From NCBI GenBank assembly GCA_951406725.2, contig OX597817.1, positions 88,660,001-88,724,000 of the forward strand: a stretch of DNA of 64,000 bases, read 5' to 3'. Numbering within the stretch: position 1 is the stretch's first letter; every line of letters starts with the position of its first letter. Of this stretch, positions 35,463 to 50,183 are shown piece after piece. The notes under the pieces were generated by a model, which had not been told where the DNA came from, ran no database searches, and saw only the letters and a list, made by a program, of their open reading frames with translations. The stretch comes from Octopus vulgaris (taxonomy: Eukaryota). The position numbers were made by a program, and so were the translations under genes.

Positions 35463-37835
35463 ACAAAAATTGTATAATTAATTTAAAGGACCCCACCCTC
35501 TAACTAAAACATGTTATTTACGGTAAGAGAAAATTCTGAAGTGTACCTTTAGCAAGTCCCTTTCTAATAAAAGAAATAACTACATTTATATATGCAAATA
35601 TGCAAGTATTTATATAAAACGAGTGGAAAGATTTAGGAGAGAATATATTACAAGAAAACAAAAGGAAGCAGTAAAAATGAAAACTGAAAAAAGTCACTTA
35701 AAAGTAAAAAAATTATATATATAGATATAAGCAAGTAACAACTTCTGAGTGTGCTGATTTAAGAATCTTAACCCTGAGGAAGGTGTGTGTAATTGTGGAT
35801 ACAAAATATTTGCTTAAATATTTCTCTTGAACATCCTTGGAATGTAAATTATCAATTTCTTTTTTTAATCAGTCTACCAAAAATTACCATACATATTGGT
35901 AATATTCCTGAACAGTCAGATTTCGAGTTTAAATTTGGTTCTGGCAAGATAGATGAGATTTCTGAGAAGCTACTTATGTTGTAAGTAACCTGAGGGTTAA
36001 GATCTTAGAACAGAGAGAAACCTAAAAGCATCAGCAATCTGTTGCCTCATTATTGAAAAGCAGTCTCAAGAAAACAAAATGTTACACCAAAACAATTATA
36101 CTGACATAAAATTAAAGAAAAAAAAATATATATATAAATTTTAAAAAATAAAGATGTGTGAAAAAACAACAAACACAACAAAAGCACAAATTAAAATAAA
36201 AAACAGTGAAAATAGTAAAATAATTGCAATTTAACTGATGTAATGATAATAATTATATCTAACTTAGGCACAAAATCAGACATTTGGAGGAAGGGTTAGT
36301 CAAAATGACCCCAGTACTTTCTGGTACTTTACTTTATCGACCCCTGGAGGGATGAAAGGCAAAGTTGGCCTTATTAACATGTGAACTCTGAGCGTAAAGA
36401 GCAAGAACAAACGCTGCAGGATATTTTGTCTGATGCTCTAAGATCCTGCCAATCTACTGCTTGCGCTTTATATAAACTGTGGCAGCTGTGGGATATGAAC
36501 TCAAGTCTCCATAATAGCTTCTGACATGAGTGCAAAACCTCAATATTTTTTTTCTTTTTTGTGGAGGAGGGGGGCATAATTTTTCAACTTGATCTCTGTA
36601 TTTCTTTTATCATTCCTGGAAGGATGAAAAGTAACGTCAACCAAAGCAGGATTTGAACTCAGAATATAAAAAGAGATACATTCCAAAGTGATATTCTGCC
36701 AAGGTACTAATACATTGGTTCATATGAAGATTCATTGAAAATAATAATAGAGAGGAGAGAAATTACAGGAAACAAATTTTAGATATGATAACAAAATGGA
36801 ATAATAGAAAGATGGATGGAGGTTGGGGGGGAAATAATGGTGATAGAAGTTATTAGTTCAACTATCTACTTCAAGATTGGCAGTGAAACATAAAGAACTA
36901 GAATTAAATAATTGTTGCTCTTTTTTGTTTTTCTAGAAAGATACATGGAAGAAGACATGATCTTTAGAAATTTCCCTGAGATAGATGTGTCGCAAAATAT
37001 GGAAGGATTTAGTTCTTGAATGTCAGTTCAACAGTCAACAACTTAGTATTTTGCAAGCAGGAAGGTTACAATAAACTATTTCAAAGATGTGAAGATAGAA
37101 AATAGGAAAAAGTTAGTGTCACAGACTGATGGGAAATGGTAAAAACTGTGTGACATCATATTGTAGAAAACAAAGGAGGAGTAGGAGGTGAAGAAAGAGT
37201 ATGATTAATTCAAAAGATTAATTAGTGGGATGGTAGTTTACAATGGATTTAGTAATTTGCAAGACATTGAGAAAGGATATGAGCACCCTATATAGATATA
37301 AATTTGAAAATAAGACCTATATACACACTTATACACACACACATATGTATATACACACACTGATGAATAACTAGGAGATAAAATATATGATTCTTCTTCC
37401 TTCTAAAGAAATACTTCAAGGAATTTTCGACATTTAAAATGTGGATGTTTTTTCAAGAAGGCACTTTTGGTAGTGAAGGAAAAGAAATATATTATATAGA
37501 CAACTTAATATTTATACAGTTTTAGATACGTAATGTCAAAAATGAAAAAAAAAAAAAACATTGTTATTAGAATAGAATGAGAAATGTTTTTGCTTCATTT
37601 CAAATTTATGCAATCATACACATGTATAGTGGAAGATTAGGATAAAAGGTTTGGTTTTTTTAAAACTCAATTTTAATTTATTTAATCAAAAGGGAACAAA
37701 CTGTCTTGCTCTTGATAGGAAGAAAATAATAATTTAATTTTTGAAGTATTAAATTTCTTTAAACATTGTTCTTACAATCCTGAGTGATGGTTTGTCAACA
37801 TATGAAAATGTAAATTTATTAAAATTAATTAATTA

Positions 37836-37866
<31 letters not shown>

Positions 37867-40800
37867 TATACATTGGCAACCAACCATTTAAAGTAAATTG
37901 TTCAAGAGATTAATTACAACTGACAAGACAAAAAAAGAATAGATTATTTCTTGACTGGGTTAGTGTTTGCCAATAACTGTGCCAAAAGAGAGTTACAAAA
38001 AAAACGAAAATGAATTTTTTAAAAAATGGGCAAATTTTGAGGGGAATAAATAAACAATAGCGAAAAAATAATTGAATTTGAGCAGATTTGTTTATTTCTA
38101 TTTATGTCATTAATTTTGAAAGCAGCACACTACTCTTGCTGTAAGTGTGTGTGTGTGTGAGAGAGAGTAGATAAGTGCCTGAGTTTTCTGAATGATAACA
38201 TAACAAGAACATGCCTCTCAGAATGCATGTAATAGAGATATATTATCTAGAATTATATAGCAAAGTTTGCCAGAAAATTCCACTTTAAACTAATTGACAA
38301 AGTTTTTAAAAATTTTTTTATTTTTATTTTATTATATTTTTTAATGAGCCAAAAAGTAAATGAACATTACAGGGTGTATGTATATATATAGATATATGTA
38401 AAATATATAAATATATATAATATACAGATATATATATATTATATATAAATATATATATAGATATAATATATATATATACATATATACACACACACATTAT
38501 GTGCATATATATGTATATATATATTTTAATAACTAAATGACAAAATGAGAACTATAATTAAAGTTTGTTGGTTTTTGATATTTTTTTTCTTTTCTCTTTT
38601 TTTTTTCTTTTCATAATTTGGTATAAAATATATTTCAAAATGATCAGTTTTCTGAAACCAGAATAAATATTTAAGTTTTCTTTGAAATATGAATAGAAAA
38701 TGGAGAAGAATGAAGAATCAGGAGATATATATATATATGCCAGCATAATAGAACTGAAAAAAAAAATCTGTACAGGTTTTATAGTAGTGTCAATACAGGA
38801 GGAGAATAACTGGGGTGCCACTAGCTAATAATATGTGAAAGGAGGCTGGATTCCAAACAACAGAGATAATAATAATAATTATTATTATTATGAAGAAGTA
38901 GAGGGGGAGAAATATCAGAGAAAGAGGAGGTTCAGTAAATAAAAATCAATAAAAACATAAGAATGAAAATGAAATAAAACTGATAGGTTATGTAGCGTGC
39001 AGGTCAACACAGCTCTAGGACTATAATTGGGTTTTGGGGGTTAAAAAGTGACTAAACTTGTACATAGATGATTATTATTATTATTATTAAAAGTAGCTGT
39101 AGCTTGAAATATCTCTCTCTTACTCCCTCACAAACACATGCAAAATTCTACAAGCAACTACATTTCTTCTCAGCTCATCAATCAAACATTTTTTTTATTA
39201 TGATATTTGATAGCATCATTAGAGGGAGAGGTGGGGATGGGGACGTGAAGTAGAGGTAATGAATTATAAAAACTGTCCAGAAATTAGGAACTGAATGCAA
39301 TGAGATTATGAAATACTTCGTTTTGATTATTCATCAAAAGATAATTAGAGACACAAAAGGAAGAGGAAAAAATTTTTTTTTTAATGTAATGATTTGTATA
39401 TGTTATATAGAGCATTGTTAATGGTGTGTTTCTGATGTTAACAGAGGTTGACCGTTGTGAAGTAGATTATCATGGAGAGTTAAGTGGTTTTTGACTGTTA
39501 GTTTTTAGATGGTACCATACAACATCTCATAAGTCCATATCACAAAACATTCATAAAATTTTTTGTTAAAAACACAACTATAAAGGTTATTTTTATATTA
39601 TCATTATAATCATTACTATTACTAATTTACATATCTTAACAGATGGAATGAGTGTAATGACCACATGTGTGTGTGTACAGTAACAACATACACATTCATA
39701 GAATAGACTGAGCAGAATTAAAGTAGAAGCTTTGCCAATATATAGCCAATAAGTAAACATTTGAGTTCAGCCTTATAGTAAGCTGGTAAAAATGACTCGT
39801 CTGTTTATGAAGCGCTCCTCCTATTTACAGCAAAGATCTAACTACCTATTTACAGTTAGGTGAACTACACTTAATTTGTCTAAGTAGTTGATCATTGTGC
39901 TGTAGCCACACAGGGCACCAGCCTAAAGGACTTCTCTCGTCAATCTTATTGAACTCAGTATTTACATTGAGTATCATTAAATTATACCTTTGACACACTA
40001 CCAATAAACATAAAAACAGATACACACGTAATATATATTACTTAGTACCTGTAGCTACTTCCTCCATGCCATGGTTTCATGCTAGTATCCAAGCAATTTG
40101 AATACAGCAATATTCCATGGAATCAGCTGTAGCTGTTCAAGCAAAAGACAAGATGACTGCAAGTCATGTGTGACATTACCAATGCTCTACCGGCTGCCTA
40201 GAAAAGAAATAGCAAAAACTTCATATATATATCTATATAATATATGACTTCATAGACAAGGCTCCAATGAAGCTATAAGGCGTTATTCAGGCATTCAGCT
40301 TTGAGTCCACTGCATCTTATAGTAGAAACAGCCATAAGCTAATGAAGTTCCTTTGTCATCCCTCTCTCTTATTACCACTCAACACTTCATTCTCAAGCAT
40401 ATATTGAGTTCTACACCAGGCTGTTGGTCTTGCAATGCCTAAGCAACACACACACATACATATATATATTTATTTACACATACACATGACAAGCTACCAA
40501 TTCTACTCACAAGCTATTGCTTAACCTAAGGTTATAGCAAAAGATAGTTGACCATGCAATAGGATTGAACCCAGAACAATATGAAGTTCTAAAGTGAGTG
40601 TTTTAACCACATGGCCGTGCCTGTACCTAACATATACATTATAAAATAATAGGTGTGAACTGAAGGAATTTTTAAATAGTGATTAGACCTGTTGGAAACA
40701 GCTGTTAAACCACTCTCAAATCAAACCCTACTGTCTTAAAACAGGGAGGGGACAGTGGAAAATATAATCCCCAATATAGCTGTTTGAAGAAAAAGGCAGG

Positions 40801-43800
40801 CTGGTAGTGAGCTGGAAAGCTTTTGATCATAAATCTGCTTGACCAGGGGTAACATGTAGCTAATATATAAGCATACCTGTGCAATGGCATGTATAAGGAA
40901 GGGCTAAAGGATATATTTTCATAAGGTCAACAAGAAATATTAAAGCTTTAGTATTTAGTTAATATCCTAGTATCACATATTGGATGACACCAACATTAAG
41001 TGTTGGACATGGAAGAAAAATGCGAAAACCTAACAGGTGAGGACATCGAAAGTTTAGTAACCACACTAAAAACCCTATTATATATAATGACCACCTCATT
41101 GTCTATAAATTACCTATTTCAACAATACTGACCAATATACAGAACTTGCTAAAAATAACAACTAATCACTACTTTTCCAGTAAAAAAAGCCTGTTAACTG
41201 TGTCAGATTATCACCTATGTGTTTGACTTTTATTATAATACTATTCACATGCTTTATAGAAATATTTAATTGATCCCAGAAGGATGAAAGGCAGAGTTGA
41301 CTTTGAACTTGGAACAGAGAGGGCTTAACACTACTGTATTTCAATCTAGAATTAAGAGATTCTCCATCATTAAATTATAAGATTGCCATAAACTGTAAAA
41401 GAGAACGAAATGTGTAGCAATAGAAATAATCATGTACAGGATTCTATATTATTTTTCTCAACCATTAAAAAGAAATTTAATATACTAGCTAAATATTTAT
41501 CTAAAATTTTGGCACAAGGCCAGCAATTTCGGGGGAGGGGCTATGTCAATTACATTGACCTCAGTGGCATATGAACCCAGAATGTAAAGATGGATGAAAT
41601 GCTGCTAAGCATTTTACCCAGTGTGCTAACAATTCTGCCAGCTCACCACCCTATGCTAGCTAAATATTAATAGTTAAAGAAAATCAGCAACTTAGTTATG
41701 TTACATAGGCATAAATGTTGGGGATACCTCTTATCTGACATAATTTCTACAGATCACTCAAACAACATGTTAATGAATTAATTAGTTGAGAGAGACATGC
41801 TATTAAGAACTGCCACAAAATAATTCAACTCAGACAATTATCTTATCTAGACCACTATGTATGTATAACACACAAGCATAAACACATATACTTTACATAA
41901 TCCTATTTAAACCAAAATACACACACACATTACTGTTCTACAGACTAATCATAACCTGTGTTATTGCCACCAGCCACCCTCATCTGAGGATTACCCCTAG
42001 AAATGAATAATGAAATGCAAAGCAGTCTGAACTAAGTACACACTAGAAATGTACTGTATGTAAGAAAGGAGTTCTCTTTCAATTTATTTTGAAAGTGGAA
42101 ATAATTGCAAACGAAATCCCATGACCTGTCTAACTTGTCTGAAGAAGTGGCAGTACATTGTGGAAACTTCAGAGTAACAGGCCAATGGTGTACACATACA
42201 CACACACATTCATCTGCTGGTTTTAAAATAGAGGAGGAAAGCACTCAATACCATGGTTGAGTATAATCACACAATTCAGTTGATCCATTGTCCGGTACTC
42301 GGGAGGATCTCCAATACCTAGATGACTCAAACAGAATAAGCTGTATAAGTTATCTGATGAACCAGATAGACATCTGTGAAACTCCACAGTAACAGACAAC
42401 TAGAGTAGATGAATTAAATAATATATATATTACTTGAATATATATTATACAAAATTATGGTGTGTGCTGTAATGTAGAGCCAGGCCCAGTTTGGAGACAC
42501 ACAAATGTAAGTTTAATTCAAGTGAAACCAAAACCAATGCAATAACCTCTGACCCTCAGCAGTATTAATGTTCAATTTTTGGCCAACAGTTAAAGCAGTT
42601 ACCTTCCTGTTTTTTCTTCTATCTTTCTCTCCCATTATTCAAAATGTAATGTTTCCACAAGAACATCAATACACACACAAGTATATTTTTGAGAGAGAGA
42701 GACAGTATTCATGCCCTATGCAAGTCCACCAAGGTTGGTGAGATTGAGTGTGATAAAATATTTACACATGTAAAGAGAAAACTAGAAACAGCTTCAAATG
42801 AATGAGAAAGGAGATATAATATAGAAGATAGACATATTCTTAAAAATTTAATAAAAACCCACTTAACTAAATGAGTATCAAGGATGAGTAGAGTACAATA
42901 TAGAAAGAAGAATTTTAGCAGAAATAATACAAGGGGGAATTTCAACCAAAATATAAGGAGAAAAAATAGAAGTTTATATGTTAATAGCAATGAGAAATAG
43001 TGAAATATTTGGTGAAGTAACCCAGTAGTTCTTTCAAGGGGCACCAATAGAAATATATAACAACAAAAGAAAGGATGATGAGATTAAGAGGTAAGCATCC
43101 CTATATTTCTGCAGACTTAACTTCACACTTTAAGCTATAGGGTTAATAGAAGCTATGTGAAAAGAGCTAGTGAGAGATGTTACATGTTTTGATTATGGAC
43201 ACAATTCAGTTTAAGTGGAAGTCAATACTTCAGTGAGTAGGTGGACACAACATAAATTTTGTTGGCCTGCTGTGATTATAAATGGCCAATATAAAGTGAA
43301 TAATATACAGCAAATTGTTCTCTCTCTCTCTCTCAGACTTACTCTATTATGTTTTATCTATTTTTTTTAAGATGAAGACTGCATTGTTCTTTTTTGTGTC
43401 TTTTTACAGGTGGGGAGTAGAAAATTTGAGAGAATGGTAAAAGATGGAAGTTTCATCAATGTTATGTAGGAGTAAGTGATGAGAATAATGAGTTACAGAA
43501 GCAATATAGTAACTAATGTTCAAGATGAGATATATATATGGAACTTCCTTTCAATAATAAGAAAAACTAAATTGGCACTGAGACACACATTTAGGTTATA
43601 TATGCAAATATCTATCTATGCCTGTACATACTACAGACATACATATATATGTGTGTGTGAAATGAGGAAATCCTGTCACATCTTTTTTTTTTCAATAGAC
43701 GAGAACTGAGGTCTATACATATATCTCTAGCCAACTCTCTCTTTTGGAGGGACATAAGAATTGGGTGCAGTGAGATAAAATATTTATAAGTCTAATTGTT

Positions 43801-46023
43801 TGTACAGCATCATTCCTTCCTAAAGTGGAACATCAGAAAGAAATGTAAACAATAAGAAAAAAAAATACATAAATAAATAAATAAACAACCATTCTGCTCT
43901 TCTTTCTCTGACAAGAAACTATGGGAGAATACAACCAACAAGAAACCTAACAATCAACTCAAAACTGAAACACCACAAAAATGATATGTTAAAACTACTT
44001 CGATAGAGGATCAACAAACATGAAGACAATCCAATGAAGGAGCCGCTACATGGTCACTCAAACCTGCCAGAAATAGCAGCCAAATCTCCCTCAAACCGCA
44101 GTCTGCTAAACAAGAAACGGACACATTGAACAATGTTGTCCTCTAAACACTGTCTGAATAAGACAGAATGGACATGTCTGCTAATTCAAGGCTGACCTGG
44201 GCCTAAACAACAACAATGCAAAAGGACACAAACTACAGTAATACATTAAAACATTTGTTACATAGATAAAAAAAAAATAATTAAAATCTCACTCAGCCAT
44301 ATATCTACACACGCACACACACACAAAATATTCAAAATATAAAGTGAAGAGGAAGCTAAACTCTGCTGAGATTAAACATCTTAATAGTATCAGTGGCCAG
44401 GAAAAAATAAATAGATTAACAGAAATAACTCAAAGGAGACAAAGCTGAGGAGAAGTCAAAAATTCTCAAAGACTGCACATGGTGGTAGTGCTGGCATGTG
44501 ATCTATAGATAACTTTAACAATAATAATCACCTTTATCGTGTCTGCCAGCATGCATACGACTTTTACAACTGGAACCACCACCACCATCACCAGTTAGAG
44601 TAGGTTATCATGTACATGTCAGTCTAAGAGTGTATGATATTAAGTGACTGTATACGTCTGATGGGGGAAACACCATTACAAAGCATTAAATTCTCAAGAA
44701 ATGTATTGTATGTATATGTATGTGCATGCGTGTGTGTATACACATATATACATACATACATGTCTAAGTGTTTGTATGTGTACATCAGTCATTAAAATAA
44801 ATTATGAAGTCTTGTAATTGTAAAATTTGAAGAAAACAAAGAAACAACACAAAAACAGAAGTTATTTCAAAAGAAAGGAGGCCAAAAAATGTCAATAGAA
44901 AAAGAAAGGAAATTAAACTAAAAGCACGATACATTGATCTCAAGTTAAAATGTTTTCTCAACAAGGATTACAAAGGGAAAAAAAAGAAACAGGGGAAAGG
45001 GCTGGTGTTGGACCAGGGGTTTGTTACTTAAACGGAATGAAGTGAGGTCAGGTGGAGGGGAGGACAAGAAAAGATCATCCAAGACCAAATAATATAGCTC
45101 AAAGATGAATAATGCAAGATTAGGAAAAAGAAACCCACAAAAATGATCAAACAAAAAAAAAGGAAAAAAAATTTAGATTACTATTTAAAAAATAATGTCT
45201 AAAATCTTACAATTTGAATTTTGTACAAATTTTGGTCACTATATATATATGAAATACCACTTTAGTTTTTTTTTTTCTTATGTTAATATTAAAATTTTTT
45301 TTTGCTTTGGTTTCTGATTTGTTTCCATATTTTTCTTTTTTTCTGCTATGGTTTATATATTTTTTTATGGCAGGCTATGTAACAGAAAAAGCCAAGTTCT
45401 TTTTTTTTTGCTGTAGTTTTTTCATTTGTCTTATATATTTTTGTTAAATGCCAAATGGTATGCATATAATATGAGTATGTGCATACATACATAATACATA
45501 CATATTTTATATATATATATATGTATACACACACACACATATATATATATACAAATATACACACAAACAGTATATATATTTTAAAACATTAAGGGTGGCA
45601 GAATGAACTTTACTACATACATATATATATATATCTGTGTGTGTGTGTATGAGTGTGTGTGTGCATATATATACATACATACACACACACACATATATAT
45701 ATGGTGGAAACCAAATTTTAGATCCAAACAATAGGGACACATTTTTCTCAAACAAATGAACCGAATTGATCTCCATTATGTTTTTAAAATCTGTTCAGAG
45801 AAATGACATCATGATGAGCTCAACATACTTTACCATCGTTGGAAAAATCAAAAAATCAAATGAAGAATTTAGACAGAGGTGAATAGTAAGGGGGTGCAGG
45901 ACAATTTCAGCTCACTCATGATTTTTTGATGTACAATTAATATGAATTCCAATGATTGAACTATTGTTAAAAAGGAGAACTTAAGACGAAAATATTTAAA
46001 TATACATATACATACATGTATGA

Positions 46024-46056
<33 letters not shown>

Positions 46057-46256
46057 TGAATAGATAGATAGACAGATAGGTATAGATAAATGTATACATA
46101 AAAATTAAATTTAAAAAAAAATCAGTTTCACTATTTTCAATTTTTTTTCTTTTTGGAATTTTTGGAGAGTTTGCTTCAAAGAAATGGAAGATTTTTTTTT
46201 TTCTTTTGCTTTTGTTAAAAAAAAAAAAAAAGAGACATTGCTGCCGATAAAGCCAT

Positions 46257-46595
46257 CTACCAGTTTCCACCATAAGAATCCTGATACCATTGTGCATCAT
46301 TGCCCGTGTAACCAGATCCAGTACCATAATTGGACTGGTCTAGTGGCTGCTGAGCAATAGGCTGAGCTCCCCAATTATCTGATACCACTCTTCGCTTTGA
46401 CTGGCCTTGGCTAAAGTCCGTACCAGCTTTCCGCTTGCCTCCTCGGACCGCTTTCTGTGTTGCACTACCTCCACCTCGTGCTCCACGAGCAGGTACACCA
46501 CCTCGACCTGCACGGTTGCTCCCTCTGGTTCCTCTGCCTACAGGGATGCCACCCCTTGCTGCACGGAAGGGAGGAGCACCACGCCCTCGAACAGG
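46257..46595 (-). CDS. SYNCRIP: hnRNP Q/R terminal coding exon (RGG box, NLS)
   Basis: PVRGRG...GGKRKA...SKRR...WGAQPIAQQPL...WYQDSYGGNW*, matching the hnRNP R/Q C-terminal motifs. Confidence 0.92.
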   Translation of the reverse strand, partial: PVRGRGAPPFRAARGGIPVGRGTRGSNRAGRGGVPARGARGGGSATQKAVRGGKRKAGTDFSQGQSKRRVVSDNWGAQPIAQQPLDQSNYGTGSGYTGNDAQWYQDSYGGNW

Positions 46596-46938
46596 CTGAA
46601 AATTAGAAAAAGAGAAAAAGGAAAATTTATCGAGAAAAACTGTTTTAAATAAGAGAATGTATTTTAATTTTAATAAATTGTTCTTGATGCTTAAAAATAA
46701 ATCCCAACTAATTAAATACATTCTTCCTCATCACAAGAACCACATCATCTCAAAACACAGACGAACAACTAGCTGAAGTAATGAGGCAGAGACAAAGCAT
46801 AAATCCTATTATACTGAGAGTGATTAATTTTCTCTCTTTGGAAATATAACTGTTAGGGGTGTGAGTTTATGGTGAATTGAATCGCATTAAGCAGAGGAAT
46901 GATGTTTAAATCAGAACAGACAATAAGCTTTCACTTAC

Positions 46939-47060
46939 AGGTGGTGGTAGTGCTCCACCTCTTCCACGACCTCGAAGTGGGCCAGGAGGTGGTGGAGGAG
47001 CATATGCTCCATAATAATCATATTCTTCAGGATATGGGTAATAGTCATCATAGTAAGGAT
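46939..47060 (-). CDS. SYNCRIP: hnRNP Q/R exon, Tyr/RGG-rich
   Basis: DPYYDDYYPYPEEYDYYGAYAPPPPPGPLRGRGRGGALPPP; CAG acceptor, GTAAGT donor; phase 1/0. Confidence 0.88.
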
Positions 47061-47804
47061 CTGTAGGTAAATAAACAAAATGCATTAGAAAAACATCAGT
47101 GTTTCAACATGGAAGTGAGATATGTGAGGAAGAGAAAGTGGTTTTAATTAAGTCAAATGAATAATTAAGTAGACACTAATATATTTTTAGATAAATTTCT
47201 TGACAAAAGAAACAGAAAGTGCTGAGAGGGAAAACACCATTAAACAGCACCCAGAGAAAATCAATAATAAAGTGAGCAATTTCTTACATACTCACAGATA
47301 AAAAGACAATATTCTGTTTCCAATTATGTAGCGAAGTAAAACCAGCCAAGCAATGTTATTTTTAAATATATCGACCATGTAGCACATGGCCAAATAAGAT
47401 ACCTGTTTATTTTAATCTAAAGACAACAACACACAGTTTCTTTAATCTCTAATGTAAACTGCTGGAATATTCACGTGCGAATTAAACTGAAATGGATTTC
47501 AGACAAACTATTTCCACATATACACACATGCAGCAAACCAACAAAGTAACTTTAATGAGGTTAATTAACTTGCTAGAAATAGCAGTTAAGTTTCCCTCAA
47601 ATCATGCCCTACCATCTTAAGAAAAAATGAAGAACACATTGAATTAAATAATGTAATCATTGGTTTCACCAAGTCTGAAAGAAGACAGTAGTCACAGCTG
47701 GAAGGTTTTTGATTATAGATCTGCTGGTTAAACCTGACTTTTAGCTAAACAACACTCACAAATACATATATGATGCAAACAAACATATGCACGCAAGTAC
47801 TCAC

Positions 47805-47926
47805 CATAACCACCCCTGGCAGGAGGAGGGGGTGGGGGAGGTGGTCGCCTCATGCCACGTCCAGAGAGTGGTGGAGGAGGAGGTGGTGGCATGCGTCCTG
47901 GTGGCATGCACCAGTAGTCGTCATAT
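47805..47926 (-). CDS. SYNCRIP: hnRNP Q/R exon, Pro/RGG-rich
   Basis: YDDYWCMPPGRMPPPPPPPLSGRGMRRPPPPPPPPARGGY; TAG acceptor, GTGAGT donor; phase 2/1. Confidence 0.88.
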
Positions 47927-49569
47927 CTACAGTAAATAAACATGAGATGCATAACAACAATATGTGAAGAAGAACTGTTAACATTTTTCACTCCAATACT
48001 CTCAAATAAGTTTTGAGCTTAATATGGAATAAAGGAAAATAAATTGGATGCATAAAAACCACAGCAAATACCCTAATTTCCATACGATGGTAGCAATACT
48101 TTATTAAAACTGCACCCTGAATTAATCCATAATTGGACATTTTCATGTAAGATTAGAAATGAATAACACCCGCTTATATGATAGTGATATTTATGACTAC
48201 CACACCATATTATGATGAAGAGGCACAATAACATACCTATAAATATATTTATTTATGCTTTACTTGTTTCAGTCACTGATGGCTTGACCCCAGTACTTAT
48301 TGCTGAAACACTAAGTTACAGGTATGTAAACAAACACTGGTTGTCAAGTAGTGAGTGGTGAATAAACATGAAGACACACTCACACAGATATGTACAGGTA
48401 TATGTGTGCAATAAGTTTCTTTCAGTTTCTGTCAATCAAATCCACTCACAAGACTTTGCTGGCCAGGGGCTAGAGTAGAAGGCACTTGACCAAGATGTCA
48501 CACAGTGGGACTGAACTTGAAACCACGTCTGGGAAGTGAACTTTTTCACTCCAGAGCCATGTCTACAGTTACACTCTATTACCTTTGTACTTCTCTAGTT
48601 ATTCATTATGACTACACCAGATTAATATATGTTTTTTACATGGCACCAGCACTGACAGGGTTGCCAAATATCTTGCAAGACAAAAACCCCTCAACTGGGA
48701 GGGGGAGGGCTTTGTGCCAGTTAACGTGAGATCAACTTATTAGCATTCAAACCAGCCACATCTGGCCAAAATATACCCGTTTTATGTTCCAACTGGTCAG
48801 ATCCAGCCTCTCGCATCTACCCTACAATGTCATTGTAAAAATAAACAATAATATCATTGAAATCGTGAAGCTGCAAAATAATGCATGATTAATTCATAAC
48901 AATATGAACAAATAAGGATTACATTTCAGACTAATCTGAATGTTAAATGGTTAAAGATATACAGGAACAAGGATATGTGTTTTGCTGAAGAGTAGATACA
49001 TGGATATTCCAGTTGGAAAAGAAAGGTAAATGAGTCAGAGAGAGGGTGAATCAGAGAGTACAACAAAAGTGAGAGATGATAGTAAAGATGTGTCTGGACA
49101 TTGGGGTAGTGAGAATAAGTAAGGTGATACAGAGATTTGGACTGGGTAAATGGGCAGAGTAGAGGTCATCATCAGAAGTGAAAAATAGGAAAGGTGGGGT
49201 GGGGGCGATAAACATTCTAGAGCATTGAGGGTGATAGCAGAAAAGGTGTTAACCACACACTGGAGAGAAGACATAGAAAGGAGGTGATTCGTAGAGACAG
49301 CAGGCAGGGGAAGATAATGAGAAATGGAAGTGGTTTGGGGTGGGGGCAAGGAAAATAACTGAGAAAGCTAGTGGGGTAGGGTGATGTAAGTGCCTATTCT
49401 GCTCTCAGGTAATAGAGAAGTGATGGGTATTAGGGGATGAAATGAAGAGGGAAATGGTTGCCAAGGCAGGGAGAATGCAGGTGGGAATGGGAGAGAGCCC
49501 TTCATAGACAACCATTATCAAAGTGGTTTTAGGATATCAATTCTGCTGCAGTAAATGGGTTTTCGTGTG

Positions 49570-49912
49570 TACAGCAAGGCACTAGATATCTCGATCCTTT
49601 GTCATTTCCTTCACAAGGCTCAGTGTATTGAGATCAGCCTTCAATACCTCCTAGGTCAACCTCTTCCACTAAGTGATCAGCACTTCTGTATGCGACTGCT
49701 CACATCCATATGCATCACCTGACCAAACCAATGCAGTCTTCTCTGTTGTACATTGCATCTAATGACTCTTGTGCCTAACTTTTCTCTGTTGCTCATTTAC
49801 ACTGACATTGCTCATCAAAGGGAGCATACTAACTTCATTCCTCTAGTCTTTATATGTCCTCTGCATCAGGGTACATGTCTCACTACCATATAGCATTGAG
49901 ATTATTGCATGC
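49570..49912 (-). mobile_element. Degenerate RTE fragment abutting a long palindrome
   Basis: Homologous to ~13660-14020 (GSETW / RLRW.GH region). Confidence 0.65.
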
Positions 49913-49914
49913 AA

Positions 49915-50183
49915 ATTAATCAAAGATTATACTAAGGTCAGCCAAATATAGAGGATGCTGGGAAGAAAATACACACATGAACATATAAAAACTTTCAATA
50001 TACTGTTTTTAGGTTACTCCAAAACAATCTTCAATAAACCCATATGCAATGCATATGGGTTTATTGAAGATTGTTTTGGAGTAACCTAAAAACAGTATAT
50101 TGAAAGTTTTTATATGTTCATGTGTGTATTTTCTTCCCAGCATCCTCTATATTTGGCTGACCTCAGTATAATCTTTGATTAAT
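49915..50183. repeat. 269-bp palindrome (134-bp arms, 1-nt centre, 1 mismatch)
   Basis: 49915-50048 is the reverse complement of 50050-50183 except for A49934/C50164. Confidence 0.95.

Noticed and set aside
44481-44590. Possible pre-miRNA stem (GTGCTGGCA / TGCCAGCA, GGTGGT / ACCACC)
   Set aside because: Pairing is short and discontinuous; insufficient without small-RNA data.
45869-46327. 152-aa ORF overlapping the hnRNP stop as an alternative C-terminus
   Set aside because: Low-complexity F/I/Y-rich translation of U-rich UTR and (TA)n; no splice site supports using this frame.
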